From Antedon mediterranea (Eukaryota > Animalia > Echinodermata): a stretch of 64,000 nucleotides of DNA. The notes beneath the pieces were generated by a model, which was not told the DNA's origin, did no database searches, and saw only the letters and a program-made list of their open reading frames with translations. The DNA lies in assembly GCF_964355755.1 (NCBI RefSeq), contig NC_092673.1:16402948-16466947 (forward strand), in the 5' to 3' direction. Position 1 is the stretch's first letter. Every line of letters starts with the position of its first letter. Shown one piece after another: positions 1 through 13,833 of the stretch. Made by a program: the position numbers and the translations under genes.

Positions 1-303
1 TTTTACCAATAAATGCATTAAATATACACAATTTACTGAGTTTTTAGCCCTCTATTATGATTGCTCTTTTGGCGCTCCATAGAAACAACAACATTGAACA
101 TCGAGTATGCGAAATTCACGAACCGATGTGCGAGAAATACATCTGTAAATTCATCAATTTAAAGGATTTATTTTTTACTTTTTGTGTGATCTCCTTCGTA
201 AAAGTATTAAAGAGGCTTAATTCTAAGGTGTGGTACTCACGATAAAGTTACTTAACCAATTTTGAGTCGAAATAAACGACAGGTGCGAAACGGAACTAGC
301 GCC
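1..303. mobile_element. Right arm of a long-TIR non-autonomous DNA element (terminus ...CAGGTGCGAAACGGAACTAGCGCC)
   Basis: Same sequence recurs inverted at 24417-24720 and direct at 25140-25400 and 29044-29342. GG..CC termini; superfamily uncertain. Confidence 0.7.
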
Positions 304-373
304 GGCCTGCTTAGATTAGAGGCTAGTAGTAGTAGCCTGTACGAATACAGATTTGTGCAGTAGGGGGCCTATG

Positions 374-1135
374 GGTCACAGTGCATTTCGGCCGCCAATC
401 ATTTCGGCCGCCGGTTATGGAACGCCCAAATTCATGAAACTCCAAAAAGGACAAAATATGGCATGATCATTTCGGCCGCCAGGTATGGCGCGCCAAATTG
501 AAATAGCCAGAAATAACTCATTAACTGTACAGTATTAAAGTGAAAAAAAATAACTTTATCAAGTCTATGGAACGCCACAGAGAACTATGGTCATTTAAAC
601 TAGAGATCAGTTGTGCAATGGGCTAAATACATTTTGTTTTTGCCGTAGGCATAGATTTAAAGGTATATTAGTTACAGTATTTTACCGTCTGAATATTTTG
701 GTCAAAATGAATATTAATTTAATGTTTATTTTTTTATTTATTTTTAAGTCCCGAAGATGCGTGTGCTTTGTAAAAATGTGTTTCTTTTAATATGAATCAA
801 GACAAGTGTTTTTGACTGGCACATAAAAAAAACTTCAGCATCACCTCCTTCTTATTAAAAAAATATCATTAATATTCACTGTAGTGATGGCAATGTGCAC
901 GCTATAATATCGCAACTGTTTCTGGAATTGAAGACCGCCGATTCGGCTTAATAATACAGTATTTAGTAAAATATTAACATTTTAACACACATGGCGTGTC
1001 ATACATATTCAAGAATAATTACAATTCTGGCGGCCGAAATTAACAATACATATTTTGTCCTTTTTGGCGTTTCATGAATTTGGCAATTCCATAACCGGCG
1101 GCCGAAATGACTGGCGGCCGAAATGATCAGACACC
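374..1135. mobile_element. MITE with long TIRs rich in CATTTCGGCCGCC motifs
   Basis: About 385-460 is the reverse complement of about 1048-1125. Flanked by an 8-bp direct repeat GGCCTATG (366-373, 1136-1143). Confidence 0.8.
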
Positions 1136-1751
1136 GGCCTATGTGCTCTGCATGCTTCGTGTTATATTATTAATTTGACCAGAAGGCCCCTGCCTGTCCT
1201 GCTTCCCAAGATTACCAGATAATCCATGACCGCGTTTGAAATCGGTCATGTTTTGAATTGGCTGCTTTTCGAATCAGTTAGGTACCCAATATATAATTTA
1301 TTGATATTCTGGAAAAAATGATAAATAATAGGAAGATTAAATGAGACTTACCTGTAAGTTGAAGTTTGATCACTATTTTATGAATATGTGAGTGAGGTGT
1401 AAACTGAGATCCCGACACGCACGCGCACCTTCATACTTTAAATGTCCAGAGTCCAGTCAATCTAGTGATATTTAGAGGTAAACCCACCACAAATTGCAAT
1501 AGTAACGAAACATTGATTTTTTCATTCCAAATGTACTTTAGAATGACATATTAAAAGTCACCGAAAATTGAAGCATTGGAAAACATTATTTTTAACATAA
1601 TCTCAATAACTATAGCGATTTTATTCCGTAAATATTTTTGGGGTAGGGGGTAACATTTATGCCCATAACTTGTGGTTTTATAATCCAATCTCAATAATCT
1701 TGATATCAATGTGTAGAATATATATTTCTTTCTAATATGCAATTTAAAAAA

Positions 1752-2055
1752 ACAAAATACAACACCTATTTATATAACTAGAGGTCAAAAGGTTATTGAC
1801 CTTTTACAAAAACTCATTTTTTTCCATAAAAAAATGATTAACTGTAATATCGTATGCCATAATTGTGGATGCATTTAATCAAAATTGTGTTTTTTCTGTA
1901 CCTACAAAATACAACACCTATTTATATAACTAGAGGTCAAAAGGTTATTGACCTTTTACAAAAACTCATTTTTTTCCATAAAAAAATGATTAACTGTAAT
2001 ATCGTATGCCATAATTGTGGATGCATTTAATCAAAATTGTGTTTTTTCTGTACCT
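1752..2055 (+). repeat. 152-bp tandem duplication with further diverged copies to ~2630
   Basis: 1752-1903 repeats at 1904-2055. The related ACTAGAGGTCAAAAGG..GACCTTTTAC motif recurs near 2300 and 2520. Confidence 0.85.
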
Positions 2056-2789
2056 ATCGATATATAAAATAGGAAACATGATGTTAACTAGAAGAATTTT
2101 AAAAGTAATGATGTACTATTCTTATTGAAATTGATTCTTGATCAAATGTAATGTAAACAATTTTGTGGTGGGGGTAGCGTTTATGCCTATAATCCATTGT
2201 TTTATAATCATATCTAAATAGCTTTAGTACCAATGTGCATAGTATATATATCCTACTAATATACATTAAAAAAACAATTAATACAACAGTTATACGTAAC
2301 TAGAGGTCAAAAGGTCATTGACCTTTTACAAAAACTCAAATTTTTCCTAACAAAATTATTAACTGCAATGTCTTATTCCATAATTGCCGATGCATTTGAT
2401 GAAACTTGTGTTTAGAGGTAACATTTATGCCTGTCAATAACATCTAAATAACTACAAATGTGTATGATATGTATTTCTTACTCTAAAAACTAATTGATAC
2501 AACAGTTGTTATGTAACTATAGAGGTCAGTGACCTTTTACGAAAACTCAAATTTTCTTAAAATAGCGTAAAACTAAATTATGTTTATTGGAAGTATTTGG
2601 TGCAAATAATGTTTTTCCTGTACCTATTGTATCGTCATGAAATAGGACAAATGATGCTAGCTAGAAGAATATTGAAATTCATTAGTGGTATGTACTATTG
2701 CTGATTAATTAATGAGTCTTGATAATTTGGAATCAACTCATGATTTACTTTAGATAGATTTTTGATGATTTTAGTATCAACGAATGTAC

Positions 2790-3640
2790 GTAATGACAAG
2801 TATTGGATCTCCCCATGGTTGCGTCCTCTCTCCTCTCCTGTATATTATATACACGGATGACTGTCGCAGCAAACAGGACAATAGTCATCTTGTCAAATTT
2901 GCTGATGACACTATCTTGCTGTCTCTCCTTAAAAATTCACAGGACGGTCATGGTTCCGCATTAGATGGAACTCAATGTGACCAAAACCAAGGAGATGATT
3001 GTAGATTTTAGGAAGGCGAAAGGACGCAGCCCTCTGGTATCCCTCATAAATGACAAACCAGCAAAATTGTCCATTCCTTTAAATACCTAGGACAATCTCA
3101 GCTGGGAATTAAATACAGTAATAGTAAAGAAAGGGCACCAGAGACTTTATCTGTTAAGGAAGCTGAACCATTTTAATGTCGATAAAGTAATTCTCAGGGT
3201 TTTTTATAATTCCTTTATTGAGAACGTTTTAACTGTTTTACCTTATATGCTGGTTGTTTAGTCTTACTGTAGGGTCAAAGAGAGAAACTCACTACAAAGA
3301 ATTGTTAATTTAAGTTCTAAATTAATAGGTTGTCAACTTCGTAGCTTATCTTCCTTCTGTGACTGTATGCAAACTCAAAAAAAAAAAGTAGAGCTATTCT
3401 AAAAAGTGTTAACCATGCCTTGTTCAGTGATTTTGAGCTCATGCCTCATGGGCGTCGCTTTCGATGGCCGGCATATAGAACACATCGTAAAAGAAATTCT
3501 TTTTTGCCAGTTGCCACCCGACTCTTAAATTCTTGAACTTTGACTCTTGTTATATTGTACTGTGTATTGTGATATTTTTGTATATTTTGTAAGATCATTT
3601 TAATCCAGACCTTTTTATTTGAATTGCCCCGTGTGGGATG
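2790..3640 (+). pseudogene. 5'-truncated non-LTR retrotransposon RT fragment (Rex1/Babar- or L2-like)
   Basis: GSPHGCVLSPLLYIIYTDDC...VKFADDT RT motifs, followed by frameshifted FKYLG and QRLYLLRKL C-terminal remnants. Confidence 0.85.
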
Positions 3641-6289
3641 ATATTGTTTAATCCTTCAAATAGAAAAGGACTCACAACTATGTCATCAGTATCACTTTCT
3701 TGTTCGGGTATCAGTACAGTGCAATGCCGTTGCATTCACCACATGTAGTTATAGTTACCCCTGAAGGCTTCAAGGAGATACTCAGGTGCTGGCTTTAAGT
3801 CTGTGTGTAGAGGAACCATGTTTCCATCATCTGATCTTCCATCCCCAATCATCGGTACACATATCAACCCCACTCCATTGCTAAAAGATAACTTAAACTT
3901 GAACATGATGTTATGTACCTTGGTTGTGGTACGATAATGAAGTTATATATGCGAGGTTGTACTTGTAGATGGGATGGAGTCAAAGGCATTCCACGTTGTC
4001 CAGGTCGTCCATTGTACAGACACACTAAATCATTTTCTCTAGCAACCACAATGTCATCCTTTGTAGCTTGTTTGCATCTGAAGACTACTGCATAACGTCA
4101 GAAATAAGTGCAATGACAAGCTTTTTTTAGAGCTCTGGATGTTTTGTCACCAGTATCGCATGAGCAACAGAAGGTTATCACAGATGTCTCTCAAAAGTAC
4201 TGTTTGAACAAGGTTGATAGTCCAACATCTCAGTTCCAGTCTAAAGAATATCACAAGATGTTTTAAATGCTTGACTGCAGAGGAGCACTAGACAGATCCG
4301 TGTCATCGGATAATGACAGATGTTTTCCTGTTTGCTGATTCAATGGTTTTTTGTACTATCCGAAATAATCATCAGCAGCAGCTGCATTCACTCATTGCCA
4401 TTTTGTTCAAATACTAATTACGAAGATTTATAAATTGTTGTTTGTTACAGAAAGTGATCCTATTTTGTGGAACATGTCACTGGTAAAATGTACAGGGATA
4501 CTACTACCTGACCCGCCTTACCATGTGCGCCGTCTTTGGTGGATGAGCCGCTTTCATAATCATCAAAGACTATGATGGCAGATCAATGTTTTTTACAGAT
4601 CGCATCATAAGTCTCTACACTATTCCATGGAATGCTGTGCAGTGAGTTGGATGTGTTAGACTATTCATTGTTTCCACATGGCATCATGTTGGTTTATTAG
4701 CTGAAAGTATTGTAAGTTGGTTGTTTCAAAAAGTACTGGTGGATAACAAAGTTCATGCTCAAAAACTTCCTTGTTGTCACCTCGAGTCTCCTCTGGAACT
4801 GTAGGATCGATGCACACATATTTGCCTGTATGTACTTTATTGCCAGGATCTTGAATACATTGCAAGACTTTCTGGCCTAACATCCGTCCAAAATATTCAA
4901 TGCTTAATACCACATTGCCAATATTCCAAGTCACCTGCAGTAACTCCCGTGTCAATGGTATGAAATCTCGTTGTAACCAAATTGATTTTTAAATTGCTAT
5001 TGTGTTCCTGACGTGTGGCCATAAGTTCTTATGTTGGCCGCTGCTGAAGTAACGCCCTGATACTATTGCGAGGCATTACATTCAGCGCAGATTTGGTCTG
5101 GATGTACTCATTCCTAAATCTCTTGTCAAACCTCTGGTTTTCTTTGAGACTTCTCATAGAAACCTTTTCAATCACCAGGTCTGTTGACAATCCAGCCCAG
5201 ATGGTCCGAACGTCATACAACATGGAGGTCATTGTCAAACTGCTGTTGAACATCTTTGTATTTCTACTGGTTAAATAATTGTTAAAATACTTACACATCC
5301 CAATATATATACTGGACTAACCATGGCAAAACAAATGCCATCTGGAAAAAATGGAATGTAGATCATCCAGAAGCAACAGGAACAGGAACTCATCTGCATC
5401 TTGAGCTGGTCATGTGTATCACTTTGGACTGAAATGTTCACCCCAGGGTATCCCTGTTTGTATACCATTGTTGTTTACAGCGAAAACAACATTTTTAGCC
5501 AAAATTGACACATTATGTTGTGTTTTTCCGCAAAAATGACATGCTAAATAAAATGTTATGACTATAAGTTTGATATCACTGAATAGGAAATTTAATAAGC
5601 TTTCGGATGACATAAATCACACTTGTATATAATGTATTTCAAATGGTTAAATATATGTAATTAATGGGGCATATTAATTTTGACTTAAAATGACCTTTAT
5701 TGACCTCTGACCCCTTAACCCAATGCTTGGATTTTCGGTGACTTTTAGTATGTCGTTCTACACTTTATATGGAATTCAAAAATACCTGCTTTGTTACTAT
5801 TGCAATTTGTGGTGGGTATATCATTAGATTGACTGAACTTATAACCTGCCTTGTTCTATAATATAATTGTTTTACTTGGGGTGGGTTGAGGCGGGCAGTT
5901 TACACCTCACTCACATATTCATAAAATAGTGATCAAACTTCAACTTACAGGTAAGTCTCGTTTAATCTTCCTATTTTATTTCATATACGTTCGCTGTAAA
6001 CTGAGATGTTTAAAGCCAACTCTGGAAACATGTTTGAACTGTAAACCAAATAATTGACGGAAATGTTAGTTTCAATAAAACAACTTTATTTCCAAAAGTC
6101 TACAGTCTCTCGTAATAATAACGGGCAACTTAAATATGACAACTATCATAAAGCATTTATTTTGCTTATAATCAATAGTCTAACATTTTAGGATTCTCAC
6201 CCTAAAAACATCAATTAGAAAACTAAACAACAATAAACTGGTTCAAAATGCAAACAGGAGCTATTTGTAGCCAACAACAAACACAACTT

Positions 6290-6960
6290 TTCTCAACAGT
6301 GCCTGTTGAAATGACGGATTTTCTACAAATTTTATAGGCTTATTATAATATCTGATTAGTGTATGTTCGTTTCTCCACCCAGCTGTTTTCATTATTAAGT
6401 CAACCGGGACATTCCTTAATTTTTAATTTTGCTGATGAAGATGCAGCCGCTCGAACCGAATAGGCTTTAAATTTAGTTATATCTACTCCAGCTTCTGATA
6501 AATCTGTCCTTATCCATCGAGCAATCGTGTCTTTTGATGCCTCAGCATATGGTTTCTTATGAAATATAAAAAATATGTCCTTATTTTCCCTTAAATTACT
6601 AGTTTTTTCCCTGTACTTTAGAATTGTTGTGACCGGACATAGGGTAGGGTCTTCACTTTTGTGGAAAACCACCAGTTGACCTGTATTGTTTGGTCTGCTA
6701 GTTTTTAGTAAATGTACAAATGTAAAAGGTGATTGCTTCATTCTCGATATTCATATTTAAAAATTTGAAATTATATAAGGTTTGAAGCCTACTTGAGGAC
6801 AATGCTAATAACAATGCCACTTTTATGGTAAATTCTTTAAGCAATAATGTATAATTGTTCACCTTATTTTAGATAGTCTGTAACTAAGCGAACATCCCAA
6901 ATTTGTGCATATTTTGGAGTCGGTGGGTTAAAATTGAATAACCCTTTCATAAATCGTTTC
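6290..6960 (-). pseudogene. DIRS tyrosine recombinase, C-terminal remnant
   Basis: LKTSRP..LCPV..ASKDTIARWI..AGVD..FKAYSVRAAASS (degenerate HSxR box), with stops and frameshifts. Confidence 0.85.
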
Positions 6961-6962
6961 AG

Positions 6963-7838
6963 TTTGATTGATTGATTGAATTTATTTGGTTCATACATAA
7001 AATACATTATAAAATAGACGATAAATTCAAAAGACAACACCAGAAAAGTACTAAAAAACAGTTCTAGGTGTCAAACAATGGAAACAGAACAAAATGAACC
7101 AAGGATAATTAGATAAAGTTTCACATTTTTAGTGTAACTTATTTCCATCTAAGTCCTTATGAACATTTAACTGAGACAAATTGACATCTTTAAAAAAGTT
7201 ATTTAAACGAAAAAGTAAACGCAATTTCATAAGAGAGAAACAAAAAGAAACATTATGAAACATTCTTAAAATATTCTTTGACTTTGTGTTTAAACAGCTT
7301 AGTAGAGGTTGTGGCCTTTATACAATCTGGAAAAGAATTCCAGTTTTTTATTCCGTTGTAATAGAAGCTGGTTTGTCCAACACCATTTAGGCGAGGGATT
7401 TGAAAGTTATGTTTTCGGGATCTGGTTTCATGTTTATGGGCGGTACTTAATTTGACAAAATATGGATACATATATGGGATGGATGTTCCGTAATATATTT
7501 TATGTACATGTACAAGTTGTAACAATTTTACTCTGTTTGTTACATTCAAATAACCAACAACATTTAGTTCATATTCACCAACGTGTGATCAATTGCCTCT
7601 TCCTAAAATAAACCTTACAGCTTTATTTTGTGCTGTTTGTAATTTAATTTTAAGGTCCTTAGTAAGTCCGTCAAACCATGAGGTGGATCCGTAATCGTGG
7701 TGACTTTGAATGAGAGCGTTACAGAGAATTTTTCTAGTCTGATTATTTAAGCATTTTATATTACGGTAAAGAAATTTTAACCTAGAGTTGATTTTTTTAA
7801 TTGTACTTTGCGCCATTGATGTACCACTTAAGTTATTC
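6963..7838 (-). mobile_element. 3' fragment of a CR1/L2-group LINE inserted in the DIRS YR gene
   Basis: KINSRLKFLYR..ALIQSHHDYGSTSW..LQTAQNKAVRFIL..HETR..SFYYNGIKNWN. The 3' UTR ends with AATAAA and a (TCAA)n tail at ~6965-6986. Confidence 0.85.
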
Positions 7839-7839
7839 A

Positions 7840-8125
7840 ATAGACTCCTTCATGTTTATATCTAAGATTTCGAGAAAGTTTACAATTTCGCTTTTCGCCG
7901 TACTGCTAGTACTATAGCCTAAGCCCTCGTCCTTCAGCTTTATCAGGAAATCGAGGATGTGACCGGTTTTTGGCTGTTGCCATGTGATTCCCCTGATTTC
8001 ACAAAAGTCTATAAATTTTGTTAGCTGTGAGTTATATTGCTTCCACGTTGACCGTCTCCAGGATTGCAGAATGACGTCTGCTGCAGTATTGCTTATTCCT
8101 TTGTTGTAGCGTTCCGCCCTGATAG
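7840..8125 (-). pseudogene. DIRS YR N-terminal (SAM-like) remnant
   Basis: Translates ILQSWRRSTWKQYNSQLTKFIDFC...ILDFL, typical of DIRS YR N-termini. Confidence 0.75.
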
Positions 8126-8144
8126 CCTGCAGGCAAAAAGGTTA

Positions 8145-8640
8145 CCGTATATTTCGGTGTATAAGTCGCACTTTTGACACGCAAATTTGACCTCTAAATT
8201 AAGGGTGCGTCTTATACACCGAACATAAATGCCTCACCACACAGATTGTACATAGGCCTACTAGGCAGGCTAGGCTATCGTCACCTCGTTTGCTAACTGC
8301 TAGGCTAGGCCTAGCTACAGTAACTAACTAACGTAACGGCAACCTGCTTCGGCCTATTTTTCAAGGCATTTTAGCATGATGTTATACTAAATATGATGAA
8401 AAGATTTGTTCATTATTATGGCGCTCTGATAAAATTTCATTTGTAAACGTTTACGTACGATTGGAATAGTATTTATTTATACAGTATTTATACGCACGAT
8501 CGCCGTACCCCCAGCGCAAGCCCTTTCTTGGCGGCCACATGGTGTATTTATAGTTATACGCACAACCGCCGTACCCCTAGCCTAGCGCAAGCCCTTCTTG
8601 GCGGCCACATGGTGTACAGTATTCGACTAGTATATTCTCC
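8145..8640. mobile_element. Tc1/mariner-pogo-type MITE fragment
   Basis: TA|CCGTATATTTCGGTGTATAAGTCGCAC terminus with an inverted GTGCGTCTTATACACCGAA motif. Internal ~70-bp duplication at 8490-8615; right end not seen. Confidence 0.55.
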
Positions 8641-8764
8641 AGTTGATTATAGCATGGACCTATACTAATGGTAGTATGATTTAATAAGTATGTGTTTACT
8701 TTGAACTCTAATTTCCTCCTTCTTGTGATATGGAAGGGAAACCGTCATACTTATAGAATTTATT

Positions 8765-9400
8765 TCAAATCCCAAGAAGGTTATTAATGATAAAACCCAA
8801 TGAGGCTAGAAGTTCACTAGTTTCCCTGGCGGTACCGCCGGCCAAGTCTTCTGACTGGTTTATACACAAAATGTCATCAATGTAAACCAACAGAATATGT
8901 CCTCTGCTGCGCAAAAACGCAGTTGGAGGCTTTAATAATTTCGTGAAAAGTCTAGGCCCTGAGCAATGCGACAAACTTATACAGGTTGTCTTTCCAAACA
9001 AATTTTAAATATTTAGTGTCCGACTCTGCTATGGGTACAGTAAAATATGCATCTTTGAGGTCGACTAACATCATATATACACCTGGTGAAATTAGTGTCA
9101 ATGCATTTCCAAACATTTCCATTTTGAAATGTTTATATCCATGTCACATATTCATTTAATTTAGAGAGGTCTAATATCATTATGGACCCTCCATCTTTCT
9201 TTGGCCTTGTAAAAATATTTGATACAAACTGGTCATGTTAAAACATGGCTGGTTTGACCACCCCTTTTGATATCAATTTTACTATTTGATCATCAATAGC
9301 CTCCATATCCATGTTGCTGAGTTTGTATGGATGAGGTATTTTTCCTTTTAGGTGGTAGGGTATGGCTTTATCAAACTCTAGATCAACTATTTTTTATTTT
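8765..9400 (-). pseudogene. DIRS reverse transcriptase remnant
   Basis: VDLKDAYFTVPI, GPRLFTKLLKP and VYIDDIL motifs, frameshifted; RNaseH/methylase region missing. Confidence 0.85.
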
Positions 9401-9809
9401 AATTACATCTAACCAAACACGTAACAAATTAGGTTAAATATCTTCTCATCTTGCACGTACGGCCGTACGCGCTAGATTGTTTACTCAAAAGTCTTTGACC
9501 TTATCCTATTCAACCTTGTTTTTGCAGTTGACCTGGGATTTGTATGTCTTCCTACGCTAAGATTATATATTTCCACATGCCATGTGCTTTTTTCTCTAAG
9601 ATATATTATTATAAGTGCCAAAAACCCGGTTTTTTTCTCGATATGAGGCCTTTATTATTCAATTTTTTTAAAGAAAAAGCACACATACCATAAAAAATAT
9701 CCATGTATTTAATTTTTGGAATATAATATTCCGTGAGGCTCAACTACAAAACCACCATTGTGTGATATGATGTCATCGTTAGCCAATCAAAGCTGAGCTT
9801 TCCCGTGAT

Positions 9810-10500
9810 TATCGGCATTGGTCACGGTTGAATGATTTTGGATTCTGGCTGATTTGATTTGATTGGTGGATGCGAATCACCCGCAGCGGAAAAAACAAAA
9901 ACAAAACCCGGAGGAAGGGGGCCTTTGACCTTACTATTACTATTATTAGTGGCTGGCCGCTCAGGATTTTCATCCTTCTTGGATAGTTGTGTACCTGATA
10001 CTTCCCCCTCCTCCAGGTCAGACACATCATGTTCGTACTGATGATGCCTATTGTAAATGTTACTCGTGAGGCTAACCACCGAGCTACTGTCATCATATTC
10101 ATTGTGACAACATTTGTGTCATCAACTGAGATAAAAGGTTGTGCGTTGACTCATTTATTTGTTAAGCAGCCTTCGTCTCTTCAACCGCTCAAGGTTTTCA
10201 ACCCTAGCCTCATAGTTTAGGCCTACTCCGACCTGTTGATTAAGCTGCAGCACGTTAGTACATGATGGCCCGGCGATAGCAACGGCATCGCTATTGCTAT
10301 GCGTATTACCTTCTTTAGGAGGCCTAGTAATAGTACAGCTAGACCCAGCCTTTCTGGCCTTTTTTGGTGGGCTTAGCCACCGTATGCTGTACAAGTGAAG
10401 TTGTAGCTGCAAATGTTACATTTCCAGCAGAAATCTCCAGCACATCTTCGTGTATTGCAAGGGATTTTTGTTTCATGATCGTTCGGGTGCACGCCGTCTC
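9810..10500 (-). pseudogene. DIRS gag remnant
   Basis: Lies directly after the left ITR. Cys-rich start (C..C...C.KCNIC), PPKKARK, and an acidic SDLEEGEVS segment; frameshifted. Confidence 0.55.
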
Positions 10501-12549
10501 CAAACGATGGCGCCGATATGAGGGTGCGTGTGCGTCAGGATCTCAGTTTGCAGCGATCGTATATGAAATAAAATAATGATATACGGTAGGCCTAGGCCTA
10601 CATTCAAAAATTTATAAATTTTATAAAATTCATATTAATTTCTCATTTTTGGAGGATTCTTCCCACATTTTTTTATGTTTTTTACTTGCTGTATCCCAAC
10701 ACTTGCATGTTTTGTTCATAAATAAAATTAACAGTTGACAGAATATAAAGTGGATGTGTAAACAATACGCACCTCGTGAAAAGTGCAGGTAATTGTTTAT
10801 TTGTTGAGTTTGTACGTTACATCCTTATAGTGTCGCAATACTGGAGACCATTAACTGATATACGTAGATTTTAAAAGTGGAATCCATGGGCTTTGATCAG
10901 TAAAAACACATACGAAGATGAACCAGCTGAAGTAGTCGAAATGTGCAGCTCATCCGACATGAAAATGACATTGTTAATGATACCTTAATAACAATACATT
11001 GCCCATGTATTTTGGTCACTGCACCGCTTTTGCACAATTCAAAGTTACGAAAAGAATTCCTTGCTCAAATTGTAAATAATATTGCTGTGTTTTTTAATGA
11101 AGTTAAACAGCCTAAATAAATTGCACAAGAAAATCTGTTACACAACCTAATGAGGAACATACATGAAATCCCTATAATCGCACAGCCAACCACTTTACTT
11201 TCCAAACATGGTAAATGCTCCTCAACAAGAGGAGTTGTTTGTGATTTGTATGCAAGTCCTGGGTGGGCTATTGCACAATTGGAAACCTTAAAATCTAAAA
11301 CTTTGGCATTTCTACTATACTAGTGGTACAGTAACTCACTGCCAGACTTTAGTAATCTACAGTAAGTTCTGCAGACACTGGGCAACGGCAAAGTTTGTAT
11401 CGTGAAACATTTGAAGTGCCACAGGGTGCCTTGAGGGACTGAAAATATTGGAATCAGTAATTTAAACCAGGCCGTTTTATTGGGTGTTTATATTAGTTAC
11501 AAGTATATTACATTCCAGTTGATGAAGTAATTGGTGTTAATATACTAAATAACTAACTAAATAATCAATACCAATCAACATGTTATTACAAAATAGAACA
11601 AAAAAAGTAATTACAAGCATTTTTAAATAAATCAGTCTAACTTTAGGCATAATACTGTGCATGCATCGAGTACTTTAGTACACTTTGGACATTAAAAACT
11701 TAATATAATTATCATCGTCAAATTGACTTTCCACCTGCATTGAAATTAATATTTTGTCAATTTGTAATTTTCTTTTTTTCTCTAAGTTCATGTCAAGCAA
11801 TTTCTGTAATTATTTTATACACATCTGTCTAATGAGTGTTCTTTTTGAATTACTTATCCTAATTTAGTAATGTTAACTTCAGATATTTGGGTAGTCTACT
11901 GTAGGTTATTAGTAAAAAGATAACTGGTATAGTAGATCGGAATGCCTGATAATTATAAAATGTATACACACTAGCTTCTATTATGCTGACTCGCGCGAAG
12001 GCAGCAATCATCAGGTTTTTATTCAATCAATGACAATCAGTAATTTGCATACATATTTACATGTGTGACTAATCACTACAATTGCCACAATGGCGTTTCA
12101 TACATATAAAAGCACAAAATCAAAACGCTGACTGGTGGACTGCTGTGTTCTAGTAATACTATCTTTGTTGAACATTAGAATATCTCATATTTCACAGAGC
12201 AATGTAGGCCTAAAGACAGAAATAAATAAATGAGTATTAAGGTCTATTAGTTAAAAAAACAAAATATCTCTTTATTATATGTTGAAGATTCATACTGAAG
12301 ACATTAGTAATACACTTTTTTTTTATAAGAAAGCACATTCATCAAATATAATCAGAATGGATGATACTGTAAACTGCTGCTGTGTATTGACAAGTTTACT
12401 GTATTCATTATCACTGTGCAAATATAATATCTCATCAGAATTAATGCATCATATTATTAGCATCACTTCCTAATATCATAATCACTATTATAATTATATA
12501 TACCAAAATAGAGATTGTAGTGTTGTACAATGAAATCTGTGGTGTTTAC

Positions 12550-13530
12550 TAATTGGAATAATTAGTCATTGCATTATCTTTATTATCATTGTTGAACATT
12601 GAAATACAATGCTTAAATTAAATCTCTAAGATTATCTAATAACAAATTGTGTAGCAGGAACTCAATAGATAATAATTATATAAATTTAAAAGTTAGTTTT
12701 CTGTATAAATGCACTTATATTGAACTTGTTATAATTATCAACATAATCGGTTACTTTTAACTAATTGGATTCATTAATCATTGCATTATCTTTGTTGAAC
12801 ATTGAAACACAATATTAAATCTCTAGTTAAGATTTGTGATAACAAATTGTGTAGTAGCAGAAACTCAATAAATAGATTACCGGGGCGTTTATTCAGGGGA
12901 CGCATTTTTTTTTTTTTTATGTAATTTGGTAATGTGTATAATCAAATAAATACCCCAGATATGAAAAAATACAATATAATTTATATAAAAAACTGAACTT
13001 TACTAAAAATTGTATAAAAATGCTTGGTAAATTGTAGATCATGTCAATCAATGAATTCTACTGCAAATATAAATGTGTTGTAGAACAACAATGCATGCAG
13101 CGGGGCGTTTATTCAAGAAAATAAATACCATATGGCATTTATTCAAGATGATGTTCTATTAATGTTTATTTAAAGCATGGCATATATTGGAATAAATAAA
13201 TTAGTTAGTTTTCTGTATAAATGCACTTATATTGAACTTGTTATAAATGGTCACATCAGTGTCACATTATCAATTTCATATCTCATAAATTTTTACTAAT
13301 TGGATTCATTAGTCATTGCATTATCTTTATTATCTTTGTTGAACATTGAAATACAATGCTTAAATTAAATCTCTAAGATTATCTGATAACAAATTGTGTA
13401 ACAGAAACTAAAAATAATTATTTTATTAATTTCCTGATATAAAAATAATTGTTTTATTAGTTAATGTTGATACTGTGACACTAATGTGACCATTTATAAT
13501 GATAACAAGTTCAATATAAGTGCATTTATG
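12550..13530. repeat. Cluster of diverged AT-rich local repeats (three direct, one partial inverted)
   Basis: TTATCTTTGTTGAACATTGAAATACAATG..AAGATTATCTGATAACAAATTGT near 12580, 12790 and 13330; homologous to 26875-27050 and to the 31.5-kb array unit. Confidence 0.6.
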
Positions 13531-13833
13531 CAGAAAACTATCTGATAAATTTGAATAATGAGGGTTTGTTGAAGTAAACTGACAGATACAGCGATATAAT
13601 ATAATTTTGTATTTAAACAGAAGATAAGTAAATATCACCTGCTTGTTTTACAACAGGAATAAGGCTATAAATGTTTGGTTTGGTGTTTTGATGTAGTACT
13701 GCAATATCAGACTGCTACTAGACCAGTGGATGGAAGAATCTTGAAATCCATAGCTGACAATTGTAATTTTTTGGTTACCAACAACTTTTTATAAATTCAT
13801 TTGTGTGAGTTATATATTTTTTTTAAATTTCAG

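Larger units (their letters stand above)
1449..5841 (-). mobile_element. Decayed Academ-type DNA transposon inserted between the DIRS ICR and right ITR
   Basis: TIR AGTCCAGTCAATCTAGTGATAT / ATATCATTAGATTGACTGAACT (20/22) plus a subterminal inverted ACCACAAATTGCAATAGTAAC. Minus-strand remnants FEHELCYPPVLFE, LHSIPW, DDTDL, HAIL..DKTS, MEWG, TDLKPAPE resemble the XPG-like nuclease and Cys-rich region of Academ proteins. Confidence 0.65.
1326..10574 (-). mobile_element. Decayed DIRS1-type YR retrotransposon with nested insertions
   Basis: Left ITR ~10522-10574, right ITR ~1326-1432, and an internal complementary region ~5898-6008 matching both ends. Gag, RT and YR remnants lie in the expected order on the minus strand. 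Confidence 0.85.

Noticed and set aside
10780-11500. Coding-like composition downstream of the DIRS ITR
   Set aside because: Stops in all frames and no motif I can assign.
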